Assembly: GCF_001194135.2 (NCBI RefSeq) | Contig: NC_068984.1 | Span: 44,518,166 to 44,582,165, forward strand | DNA length: 64,000 nucleotides | Direction of reading: 5' to 3' | From: Octopus bimaculoides | Taxonomy: Eukaryota | In this document: positions 23,729 through 34,720 of the stretch, piece by piece | How the letters are laid out: every line of letters begins with the position of its first letter | Position numbering within the stretch: the stretch's first letter is position 1 | Notes under the pieces: generated by a model | Databases searched by the model: none | What the model was told of the DNA's origin: nothing | What the model saw: only the letters and a program-made list of their open reading frames with translations | Translations under genes and position numbers: made by a program

Positions 23729-26700
23729 CATGTTCAGTTTCAAAAAGATACGTAAATGTATTATGGCGGCAGCAGTGGTGGTAGTGGCGGCGGCGGTAGA
23801 GTAAGAAGAAATTTGTTGTGAACGGATTCACCCGGCACGTGGACGGGACGGCGTTTCCTCTTGATTCAAAAGAAGAGCAGAATCAATGAATGAACGGGCA
23901 CAGATGGTACCGTTGGGATATGATCTCAGAAATGTAGTAGCGTAAAAAAAAATACAGATATTGCTTCCTATGCACCAATGACCATACCTGAACACGGTCT
24001 CTCAGCTTGCTAGAAATGGCAACCAAATTTCAGATAGCACTAAGACACTTTAAGCAACGCAATCCTCGAAATGAGAGGTGTTCAAAACTGGTAGTTATTT
24101 AATAATAACTTAGTGTTATGGTCAGTATTGGTGGTGGAAGTTAAATCATATCCGAGTAAAGTGATCGTACCATCTCTTCTCAGACACAAACTAGAGCAAC
24201 AGGGCGACAGATGACGTTGCCCGCTGGCAACCGGAGAATCAGGGCAGAACTGGGGACTAATATTACAACACCAATAATTTCTTATACAGCCATCAGTCTA
24301 ACGTTTATAGAAGCAAGTAAATGAGATGATATAAAGTTTATGAGACAGATGTAAACTTCATATCATCGTCGCTAATATGACGTAATTTATATTAAAAGGT
24401 TTCAAACAGGAGCGGAACACATCAACAACACTTTATAGCAAGTCCGGTGACGCTACTTGGTCACTGAACCTGCTGTAAATAAATCATAGCCAAATTTCAA
24501 ATGATACCCATCATAAAAAGGGAAATACATAACAAAGGAGCTTCTACGGGGTCGCTGAACTGTCTATGGAAGCCAATTTTTCTTCAGATTACACATTATT
24601 GTCCTGAAAGGGTAGTAGGTACACATAGAATAACGTAGTTCTTAGATATTAAATGTCCGAGAGAAATAAAGTTACAGGTGAAACGGTTTGATCAGGACGC
24701 CTGCTCTGTCAGGTTAACGCGGAGCAAAACAACAGCAGGAATGTAGTACTAGATACACCAGGGCAGGTAAAAAAAAGACGAGATGGTCAAGAATGGAATG
24801 CCTTTGGCCATATAACTAACGGACCAACGTACTTCTATCTCCACTTAATAAAACTGTTTCGTTCACTCAAATAACTAGAATCTAGTTACTAGATGAACAA
24901 TTGCTTGAATATAAATAACTAGATGAACTAAAGTCTGGATACAAGCGAATTTCAGTCAAATGTTAGCCACGACTGAAATAACATTTACATTTATACTTAT
25001 AGTATAGATAAGTAATTATAGCAAAAACAACAGAGACATTTGCGAATAAATACATAAATGAGTCACGATATAATTTTGTCATCAACTTGACTTACATATT
25101 TTCGTGTGTAATCAAGATAAACATTGAAATGCGATCAAAGCATTCGTTACATTTTCTCTTTGTTTTGAATATAAATAAATTCCTTTAACAGTCTTTTCTT
25201 CTGTCCTGGTTAATTAACACCTATGTCTCTACAGTTCATTTATAACCATACGTACCTGAGTATTTGGTTTCAAATCATGTGTATCGTATAAATAAATAGA
25301 CTGGCTCTCTCCGAAGAGACGCCAGCCACATTCTCTCCAACCATGATTCTTAAACACTTATCACCTACTGCCAACTCATGCGGTTACCATATAAAATATG
25401 TCGCTCTTTTAAATTATTTCCGAATCATTAGTTTATTCTCTCTCTTTTTTTTCACCATCAAAATACATGAGATAGATTTCTTGCCAATAAAGAGGATAAA
25501 TGTGCCGGTAAGTATTATTTTTTAATTACATATTCAAATGTTTTCCTCAATCAAAATTCTTTATATAATTTCCATATTTTCTCTTTGGATCCAGACTATT
25601 TTAATTTTCGTAACTTATCTCCCTTACACTTGTAAATATATCCATTTTAAGCATTTCTCTTAAGGAAATGGATAAATTGCATTACTTTACATTGAAAGTA
25701 ATTACAAATCAATAATCGTAATTTTCACTTGTTCTCTATTAAAAATATTAAACTAATCATAATTTTGACTTGTTCTCTATTATATTTTACTTCCAACTTA
25801 CTGGGAGAGTCCAACCGAAATACTAAAGAACAAAAGCAGGAGTTATTCCCCTTTATGATTAACATGATCCAAAGGATGAAGTGTCAAAAGTGCATGTAAA
25901 ATTATGTTAGGTCTTATAACACAACTTTGAGATAGAAAAGAGCTGTAGATCCACAAACAGGAGCCACGTTACCAACCAGTCATTTTTGTAGACATAAATA
26001 AGTACTTTAAACGTAACAGATTTAAGTATCAAATTTGAGAAAAGGAACTAACAGGCGCTCTCGTGCGCTTTTGTAATGTGAATCCCGTCAGGGGATCTAC
26101 TCTTGTTCTATTTCATATTGATACTTACTGATTTCTTACAAATGAACAAAGCCTGAAATTTTGTGAATGGAAAAAGCGATTACACAGGACCCACCACCAC
26201 CAACACTGCTACTTCATCAACCCCTAGAAATATGAAAGGCAAAGCTGACCTTGGCAGGATTTGAACTCAGAACATAAAGCATCGATAATAAAATACTACA
26301 AGGCGTTTTTTTCTTTCCTCCCCACCTTTTATCCATTTGGAGGCGATAAAATAAGTACCAGCAGAGCACCAGAGTCGATGCAATCGATTAGCTCCTTCAC
26401 CCAAAATTTCAGGCCTTGTGCCTATACTAGACAGTATTATAATTTTATTTATTTTTATAGTAGCTAGACAAAATGCCTTATTCAGTATTACTCAGGCGTT
26501 AGAGAAAATTTGTGAAGGGTCAGCAGTAAATAAGAATTTACCGACTATCTCAGTCTCCTTTGCTATTGGTTCAATTTCCTTTTCCTTTTCTGTCTGTCTC
26601 TTTCTCTCTCTCTCTGTTCTCCCATCTTATAAAAGGAAACGTTGGATAATGTCCTCCTGGGTTCAATACCGTCTCAAATCATGAGCATACAGAGCAGATA

Positions 26701-26879
26701 CCCCAGAGATCTTCACCGGTCTAGGTGAAACCAATAGTAATCTGTAGCAGGGGTGATTTACGAGTGAAAAAATTAGAGTGCTTAGAGCGAGCCCCGCCGG
26801 CTTGCATACGAAAAGCATGGAATGATGTATGAGACGTTTTCGTTATGGATTATTTAGGCTTAAATACCCGGATATCGGC

Positions 26880-26970
26880 TCCACAAGCCTTTTCGTTCCA
26901 GCAGGTCACATGACCTTGTGATTAGCTAAAATTGTTGTTTGTATTGGTCGGTTTCCAGCCGTCCAATAGT
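26880..26970. promoter_or_regulatory. Candidate housekeeping promoter (E-box/CLEAR-like element plus two CCAAT boxes), possibly for VPS13B
   Basis: GGTCACATGACC at 26904-26915, ATTGG at 26943-26947 and CCAAT at 26963-26967, in CpG-rich context. Motif evidence only. Confidence 0.4.
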
Positions 26971-29493
26971 GTAGGTGCAACAGTTTGTTTTTCCTTACGC
27001 GGAAAATTAATCATTAGCGCTAGGAACCTACTGATCTCTATAAGAACGACAGTTCTCGACTGCTCATGGTCTTTGGCATACGCCGCTGATCACAAGCAAC
27101 TCGTCTCCGGCAGCGATGTATTTGACAAGCCAGTCTCCGCTTTCACTATCAGACACCTGCGTACATCGTTGCTGTATGAAGATCACACAACCAACAGACC
27201 AACGGCTGCCTCTACACACCATCAAACAACAGTACGTCAATTATGTCTGCAGGATCAACAGTCGAACCTGACCACGAAGTCTCTCACATATCTTTGTTGT
27301 AACCTGTTATGTTAATTTATTTCATGTATGGCAATCATTTTATTTTATAATAAATCGTCGCTAACCAGTTCCTTTTCATCTCATGTCGCATATCCATTTT
27401 CACTTTTCCTCATTTACCCACCTTCGTTATTAATCTATATATACAACACACCCATTGACTGCTTTATCCGGTGGCCTATGATATTGTTATGATGGCCTTG
27501 CCTGAGTTCTGCTTACAGATGGCATGTGATGGCGCCGATAGATAAAATATCTATTCTATGATAAACTCATCGCACACACTGAGTGGGCATAATTTTTGAT
27601 CGTGAAGAATTTCCAAACAGCTGTTCCAGTAATTAAGTTATTCTCCTACAAGGTAAGGGGTTGACAGTGGCTATACTCCTGCCAAAACTATTCATCTTAC
27701 AAACGACTTGATTCATCTCGCTGTGCATACCGTCAAGTGATACTGCTTTACTATTGTAAGAAATGGAAACCTTATATAATCAGAGAGCATTATATTACTC
27801 GTAGCAATGCCTGACATTCGAAACCAGTCAGCTCAGTAATGAGCAAAGTTTCCAGAATTAGTGGCGACTGTTCTTACCAGGTAATATGATCCATATTTCA
27901 GACAATCGTTGATTTTGTGCATTTGTGTGGTGTCAAGATCAATGGAAAATTCCATGTAGTTTTGCGCCAATCATAGTTATAAATCGAGATGAGCGAAGAC
28001 TACAAGGCAGAGGATTCATAGAGGTTTTCTTGGTTAGCTGGTAACTATGCTGCTCTGACCTCGTGTTAAAAAGATTGTGACAGAAGCCTGTTCATAGTTT
28101 GGATCGTTACCTTTAGGTACCCATTTTGGCTCATCACGTGATGGTCCAGTCCTAGCTTTACGCGAGCTGTCCACCCCATCACGTAACAGATTAGTCAAGC
28201 GCGCCACCATCAGCTATACCAGGGGAGTCTTCCTGCAATCTTTTCAGTGAGGTGGGTTACTTCGTATCTTCGATATGGAGCAAGTTTTACTCCACTATGC
28301 ATTACGAGCGAGGAGAGCATTGTCAACAGAGATTTTTGTCGTCATGCTTTGTATTTTTCTGGCGCTGTTCAAGCTGCATGAGGAACCAATGTATTTTTAA
28401 CAGAATTATTCATGTGTACCAGTTTGTTGTATCTTCTATTACTGCTGTATCTTCTATTGTGGCAGTCAACTTTGCAACTTGTGTCTTCGTATTTTCTTTA
28501 TGCTCTTTATTATGACTCGTTTGAAATCAGATTATAATATTACCAGGGCCTTTGCCACATGCACCTTTTTCACCCCATTAAAAGATCACCTCTCGTTAAG
28601 CACGAACACATAATATTTCCACTTTTCGCCAAGCATGCACTCTCACGCACTAGCTACTTGCATTCAGCATAGTAGCTTTTTGTAAAGTAACAACTGTAAC
28701 AGCAGTCTGCAAATAAGCATGTTAATAAAATCTAAACATTGTGATTGGTTTTATTGGGAGTGGCACACAACCAAATGAAATAATCCAGCTCTTAGCTAAC
28801 TACTACCACAAACTGGTGACCCCGACAGCGAAAGTGAGTCGCTCAATCATATCACAAATTGATAACCGTGACGTAGACATTTACACAACAGTTGGTTCTC
28901 CTAACAACGCTGAGTCACAAAATCATTATGACAACCTAATCACAAGCTGTTAACATAGCAGACTGATTTATCACTGCACATCCACAAATTGGCAATCAGA
29001 CCGCTAAAATGGAGACTGACTTGACATTCAAGGAAAACAAATGAGTCATCATGGATAGGCTTTAGGAAGCTTTTGCGAACTCATTACCAGCTCAGTTTTC
29101 TTCGCCATGCACAACACCTGAACACGGCATATTTTCTCATAAAACTTCCATCTCTAAGAAAGATATAAGTTCCAAAAGCCGTCAGAGAGTACATTGGCCA
29201 GCCAAATATGCACTAATATTTTATATATATTCTTTTTCTCTTAATGTTAAACAAAAATTATATAGAAGAGAATTGTACGTAGTATCTTTTTTCTCTTTGT
29301 ATATGCTTAGCATTTCAGCAACAATTGTCATTCATGAACTCTCTGATTATGGACAATTCATTTTGTCTTCATTTTCAGTTGAATGTCATTTGCTTTTGTG
29401 TTTTGTATTTTAATTCCATGCCTTTTTTGCTTTGTTCCCAGGTTGCGTTTTAAAATTTAGGCTTCATTTACATACGCACGTACTTTTTCCTCT

Positions 29494-31361
29494 TATTTCT
29501 TTACTGTCCACTAGGGGCTACACACAGAGGGGACAAACAAGGACAGACAAACAGATTATATCGACCCCAGTGCGTAACTGGTACTTATTTAATCGACCCC
29601 GAAAGGATGAAAGGCAAAGTCGACCTCGGCGGAATTTGAACTCAGACTGTAACGGCAGACGAAATACTGATTTCTTTATTATCCATAACGGGCTATACAA
29701 AGAATTTTTTTAAGACATCACAAAACATAAAGACAGTACAAAACGCAAACATAAAATCGGGGTAATTAAAATAAAATGATAATATGCAAGAATGAAAAAA
29801 AATGAGGCGCAATGTCCACTCGATCCCCGAAGTCGGGTGGTTACATTTATCCAGTTTTTCACTTTTACGTTCAATGTCATGTAAACATTTTAACGGTTTT
29901 GTAACTCAAAAAATTGAAATACTCGCGTTATTTTTCTTCCATTTATCATTGTTACGTCCGTCTTTAACAACTGCAAATAATCAGTTCTAGTGGGTGGTGT
30001 CTCCACCAACCATACCTGTTTCGTTATTATATTTTCCCCAAGTTCTTTTATGTACTCCCAGTAGTTTTCCTCATGTATCAAAATGCATTTCAGCACATTT
30101 CTCAGGCATTTTCACACTTATTATTTCCTCCAACCTCTCGACTTTTCTGTCCATCTGCTCGCAATTCTCGTACTTTATCAAAACCCCCTTGTATTTCACA
30201 TCTTTATCCGTTCTCTCCTCCTCTTCTTGTACATTATTAGTTTCTGCCTTTTTTATCTCTTTTTTGTTTTTGTTTTCTGTTGACCGTTCCTTTGACTTAT
30301 TTTTCCTTCGCTTTTTAGGGCTAGTAGCTCCATTTTCGTTCTTCTTTGTTTTCTCTGTTTCACACTTCTGTCTCTCTTTTATTTCCTCAGTGTGGTCTAC
30401 AATGTTTTCCTCCTCTGCTTGTGCTTTCTCTTGCTGTGGCTGTTTGAACTCATAGGGGGCATTTGGTCTTCATATGACCTCTCTCCCCGCATATGTAGCA
30501 ATTTGGTTTCCTTCCCTCGACTACGACATTTAACGTTTTCTCGTCCTCCACTTCCATCTGGTAGGGAATTCCCTCTATGTCCTCGAATGTGGCAAAAAGC
30601 CACATTTCGAGTTCAAATCCCCACCATTTGCACACTTTTGCTCTCGCCACTGGTCCCAATTCCGGCTCCTCCTTCGTTGCAGCCAGCACTGTTGCAACCA
30701 ACCACTCTGGTTTAATATCTGGTGTAACTCTGGGAATTCGTATTTTTACACTTCTTCCTCCTCCGCAGCTTGGTAGCAATGCTATTTTCTCACTTCTTAA
30801 TATGTTGGTTACATGCTTGGTTGCCTCTTCTATAGTGGCGAACCTCACCTCAACCGTACCGAACCTTCTTCCTCTGTTGATGTACGTGGCCTCATTGACA
30901 ATTTCACCCAGGCACTCCTCGATTTCTTCTTCCGTCACCATTTCAATTTTACCGGTTTCGACAGCCTGTGTACGATACACTACTGTCCTCAGAATCTTAT
31001 TTTCTTAAGTCTCTTTTGGGGGACACAATTTGTACGAGTCTCCTTCAACTTCCATCAAATTCCTGCTTCTGGTCACCTCCTCCGTATCCAACTTGATTAA
31101 CCTGGTTTCCAGCGGCGCTGGCTTCCTCACCGCAGTGGCTCTGGCGCAGCTCTCCATACTGGAGACACTACCGCTTGCCATAGCTGGGAAAAATGCAGCA
31201 GCTCACGTGAAATGCAACCGCAACAATTCCACAAAAATCACAACTATTCACCGAGACAGCCTTCACAAAGTAACACAAGACTATTCACAATAATTCACAG
31301 AGCCGTTATACCGCGAAGCAGTTTGACCGGCGTGCTAACGTTTCTGCCAGCTCGCCGCCTT
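29494..31361 (-). mobile_element. tRNA-derived SINE (head 31308-31361, body and tail 29494-29667) interrupted by an inserted LINE-derived element
   Basis: Perfect 22-bp direct repeat ATACGCACGTACTTTTTCCTCT at 29472-29493 and 31362-31383. A-box-like GGCGAGCTGGCAGAA and B-box GTTCAAATTCC lie on opposite sides of the insert. An uninterrupted relative is at 1280-1470. Confidence 0.9.
29668..31307 (-). mobile_element. Non-autonomous L1/Tx1-like retroelement with ORF1 only; ORF1 pseudogene about 31181 to 29890
   Basis: ATG at 31181 is in frame with the 30450-30980 ORF across one TAA at 31007-31005. Contains RRM-like segments and the knuckle CYICGERGHMKTKC (CX2CX4HX4C, 30459-30500), then a frameshifted K/E-rich tail. 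No RT or endonuclease seen. The 3' end carries AATAAA. Confidence 0.75.
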
Positions 31362-31799
31362 ATACGCACGTACTTTTTCCTCTATCCCGTGTACGTTACT
31401 TTTCGTACACATTTTCCTGCACGCTTTACTCATGTTGACAGCATCTTTGTCCTGCTATTTTATTGTCAATTATTGTGGCACGTTTTAAAACCCACCAGCA
31501 ATTGTTTTATTATCTGCAGATTCCTTACTGCATGACACTTCATTCTGGGCCTGCATTCGAATCCTATGCATATTGAACACGGTGTCATTTCTTTGCCAGT
31601 TTTCAACCCACCATTATGCACGCCTGATACATTGTTCTTTTACCTTAAAATGGTTTTCGCTATCCATTTTTGGAATGAATATTTTTTTTTTTAAGCATTC
31701 AACTTTTCTGCACTTTTTAGTTTCAAACATGCATGCATTCTCCACATCACGTCGTCGTTAATAATAATAATAATAATAATAGTAATAATAATAATAGTC

Positions 31800-33640
31800 A
31801 AGACGAAGAACGCGATTCGTTTGACATAATGACAAACAAAAGCATTTGAATGTTTCCAGTAATCCCCTATGTCAGTACAAATCCGTTTTATCCTCAAAAA
31901 TTGTGATTCCGGATTTGACCGAATAAGATGATGTGGATGATCGGAGCGGCGGTGGAGATAAATGTGAGATGACGTGGGCTTGCAAAATAACTCTGTCACT
32001 ATTCTGCCTCCAGAAAACTTGACTTTTGTGTCCAAAAATTCAACGATAGCTATTGAAAAACTAGACATAAATTTTATGTTGGACTTAAAGCCATAGTTTC
32101 TAGCATAACTGTCACAGAAATGCAAGAAGTCCATTAAACTATCCTGTGATCCTTCCCAGACAAAAAATACGTCGTCAATGAACCGTAACCAGAGTATTGG
32201 TTCATGACCATGAAGGGATTTGAATGTCTTCAGTAACTGTGTCTTGAATTTCGTCATAAAGACATTAGCGAAATTAACTGCCGTGGGTGTACCCATGGCG
32301 CAACCCTTCGTTTGATGGTAAAATCTTTGCCTAAACTTCATTGTGTTACTTTCTAACACAAACCTCAGTAATCTATAGAGTAAATTTGATGGAATACTTT
32401 TGTTTGACCGCTTTTCGAAGGCATCCAGGCATGCTTCTACCCCTTCATTGTGGTCAATATTGGGATATAAGGAAGAAATATCCATGGTTACCAAAAAACA
32501 GTTCTCAATACGGCCTCGGCGCTTAAAAAAGTTGTTGATTTTAGATACAAAATTAAAGGAATCCCGAATATAGGAACTTGATCATTTTGCGACAGGGAGT
32601 AGAAAACAATCCAGCCATTCCGAAATTTTAGCCGTACAACATTCATATCCGCTGCAAATTGGGCGCATTGGAGGAAATCTTTCGAACTTTTTGTGTATTT
32701 AAGGGAGACCATAAAATACAGGTGTTCTTCTTTCTGACCTTAAAATCTTAGATTCNNNNNNNNNNTTGTGTATTTAAGGGAGACCATAAAATACAGGTGT
32801 TCTTCTTTCTGACCTTAAAATCTTAGATTCAGCCTTATTAACGAAATTGTTTTCCTCCATTTCCAGAATTATTTTGTCAAGTTCCTCTTTGTTATTGGAG
32901 TTTGGATCGACAGGTAATTCTTCATATGAAGTTTTGTCATTTAAAACTTCTTCACAAGCCGAAATATACTCACTTTTGTCCATAATTACGATAGCACCTC
33001 CCTTATCCGCCATTTTAATAACAATAAAATTGTTATTAGCTAGACGTCGGAGTGCGTAACGTTGGGAATTTGTGAGGTTATTCCAGGACTTCTTTCCACT
33101 TGTTTTAAGGCTTTCTCTAATGCCTGCCTGACAAGATTCAAGAAATTCCAGTAGTGCTTGTGAACGTCCATTCCGAACTTTATCTGGATACCAATTGAGA
33201 TTCTTTTCAATCCAATTATGCCAGATTCGATCATCACCATTTTTAGTAAACATAGGATTTTCTGACTCCTCCTTACCAGTTTTTTCAAAAAAATATTCTT
33301 TCAGCTTGTGGCGGCGGACAAACTGAAATAGCCCTTGAGCTAGTTTATTCTTGTCGAAATTCTTAGTGCTTGGGCAAAACCTCAGTCCAAGCTCTAAGAC
33401 TGAGACATCGTCGAGCGAAAGTTTTAGTTTAGATAAATTTATAACCGACTTATTCTCTAGTGTGATGGTTTTTCTCGGGCAAGCGGTTTTCAGAGTCTTT
33501 TTCTCATTAGATTCCTGGCTACTTTTTGGGCTTTGCTCGAAATCTTCACTTAAAACGCGGAACCTGTTATTTTGTAATAGAACGACCGTGCGAACCAAAG
33601 GAGAATAGCGACGAGACGGAAAAGGCTCCTTTTAACCATG
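31800..33640 (-). mobile_element. Penelope-like retroelement RT, decayed and 3'-truncated
   Basis: Motifs VINLS..LELGLRFCP, ADKGGAIVIMDK, YGLP*IHK..PMRPICS, DISSLYPNI, GCAMGT, RFIDD, FLD, SDHP and SQFLRIKRIC. In-frame stops are present. It ends at an (AAT)n tract with no GIY-YIG domain seen. Confidence 0.92.
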
Positions 33641-34089
33641 TCGCACGGTCGAACATAAAAACATATTATAAAACATAGAAGGCTCGTCGTGAGAGATATG
33701 AGCCATAGTGCCAGTAAAAGAACAGAGTAGGAAGTCATATAAGCAATAGTGTGTGTACATTATGTGAGAGTACAATTGTGTGTGTGAGTGAGAGGAACAC
33801 AGAACATAGAAAGAGTGTCTGTAACATAGACTGTAAAAGGTCTTCAAACACTGAGATAGAGAAAAACCAGTTCGTATAAGAGTTACACAAGAAGATAGAA
33901 TGTTCATACGCAGGAAGTTGTGGCCAAGGAGCAGAGCTGTGGTATCACAATAGTGAGGAAATGACACTGAAAGATGTGGTGGAATGGAAACTTCATGATG
34001 GCAAAAGAATTGTATAAAGGCCTTGGCTGATATAGCAAAATGTAGAAAGACAACAAAAAAGAGACATTGTGTGGTATAATGGGAAAATG

Positions 34090-34720
34090 ACAAGGAAAGT
34101 GGGCACATCAAATGCCTCTGAATGGAAGTGATATGCGCTTTACAAGCTCAGTGGAACAGAAACTGTTATATTAGTTATAGAAGAAATAGAAAAGAATGAT
34201 GTACTTGTAAAGTAGTAGTTGTGTTTGGTGATTGAATCTTTGCCAGATGGTCAAATACATGGGAAATACTTTAATGTTGACCATTCTTAAGATTTATAGA
34301 GGGTCAGTAACTGACCCATAGCAAGTGTTTTCTGGACTTGAAGTGGAAGTTTAACATTTGGAATGTAGTTATGGTAATGTTGTAGATGTGTTGTCACTAT
34401 GAGACATCAACAGGTATTGTGAAACCTTACATTTGGTGTGAGTTTGAAGGCTCTAACTGCGTTGCTCAATACTAAAGAGGATGGAGTAGTAGGAAGAGGG
34501 AAATGTTGCAACACTGTTTCCTTGCTATGTGCAAGAACTGTGTCTTCTGTTTGTTGAAAGAGGTTATGGTGTCATATTCTCTTTAAATGCTGTTCAAGAA
34601 TCAGTCAAGTTTGGAATAGTGACTTGCATGTAATGATGATGCTTAGAGACAGAAGGCTTAGGCGGAATGTAAGTTGTATTGTCTGCACAAGAGTGTAGGA
34701 GATAAGCAAAGAGACATCAA
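34090..34720 (-). mobile_element. Highly decayed CR1/L2/Jockey-group RT fragment
   Basis: Recognisable remnants HSCADNTT (resembling YADD) and LLTLYKS. The segments near 15380-15720 and 39100-39560 look similar but are weaker. Confidence 0.45.

Noticed and set aside
26932-27315. 127-aa plus-strand ORF in the CpG-rich block
   Set aside because: It has a TTG start, no recognisable domain in any frame I tried, and no convincing splice partner.
29994-30455. 153-aa hydrophobic plus-strand ORF resembling a membrane protein
   Set aside because: It is the antisense shadow of the purine-rich K/E tail of the retroelement ORF1.
32691-32830. 65-bp direct repeat inside the Penelope ORF
   Set aside because: The copies (32691-32755 and 32766-32830) are identical and sit either side of a 10-N gap, which indicates an unmerged contig overlap.
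33632-34111. 159-aa minus-strand ORF
   Set aside because: Low-complexity, no motif, and adjacent to decayed LINE sequence.
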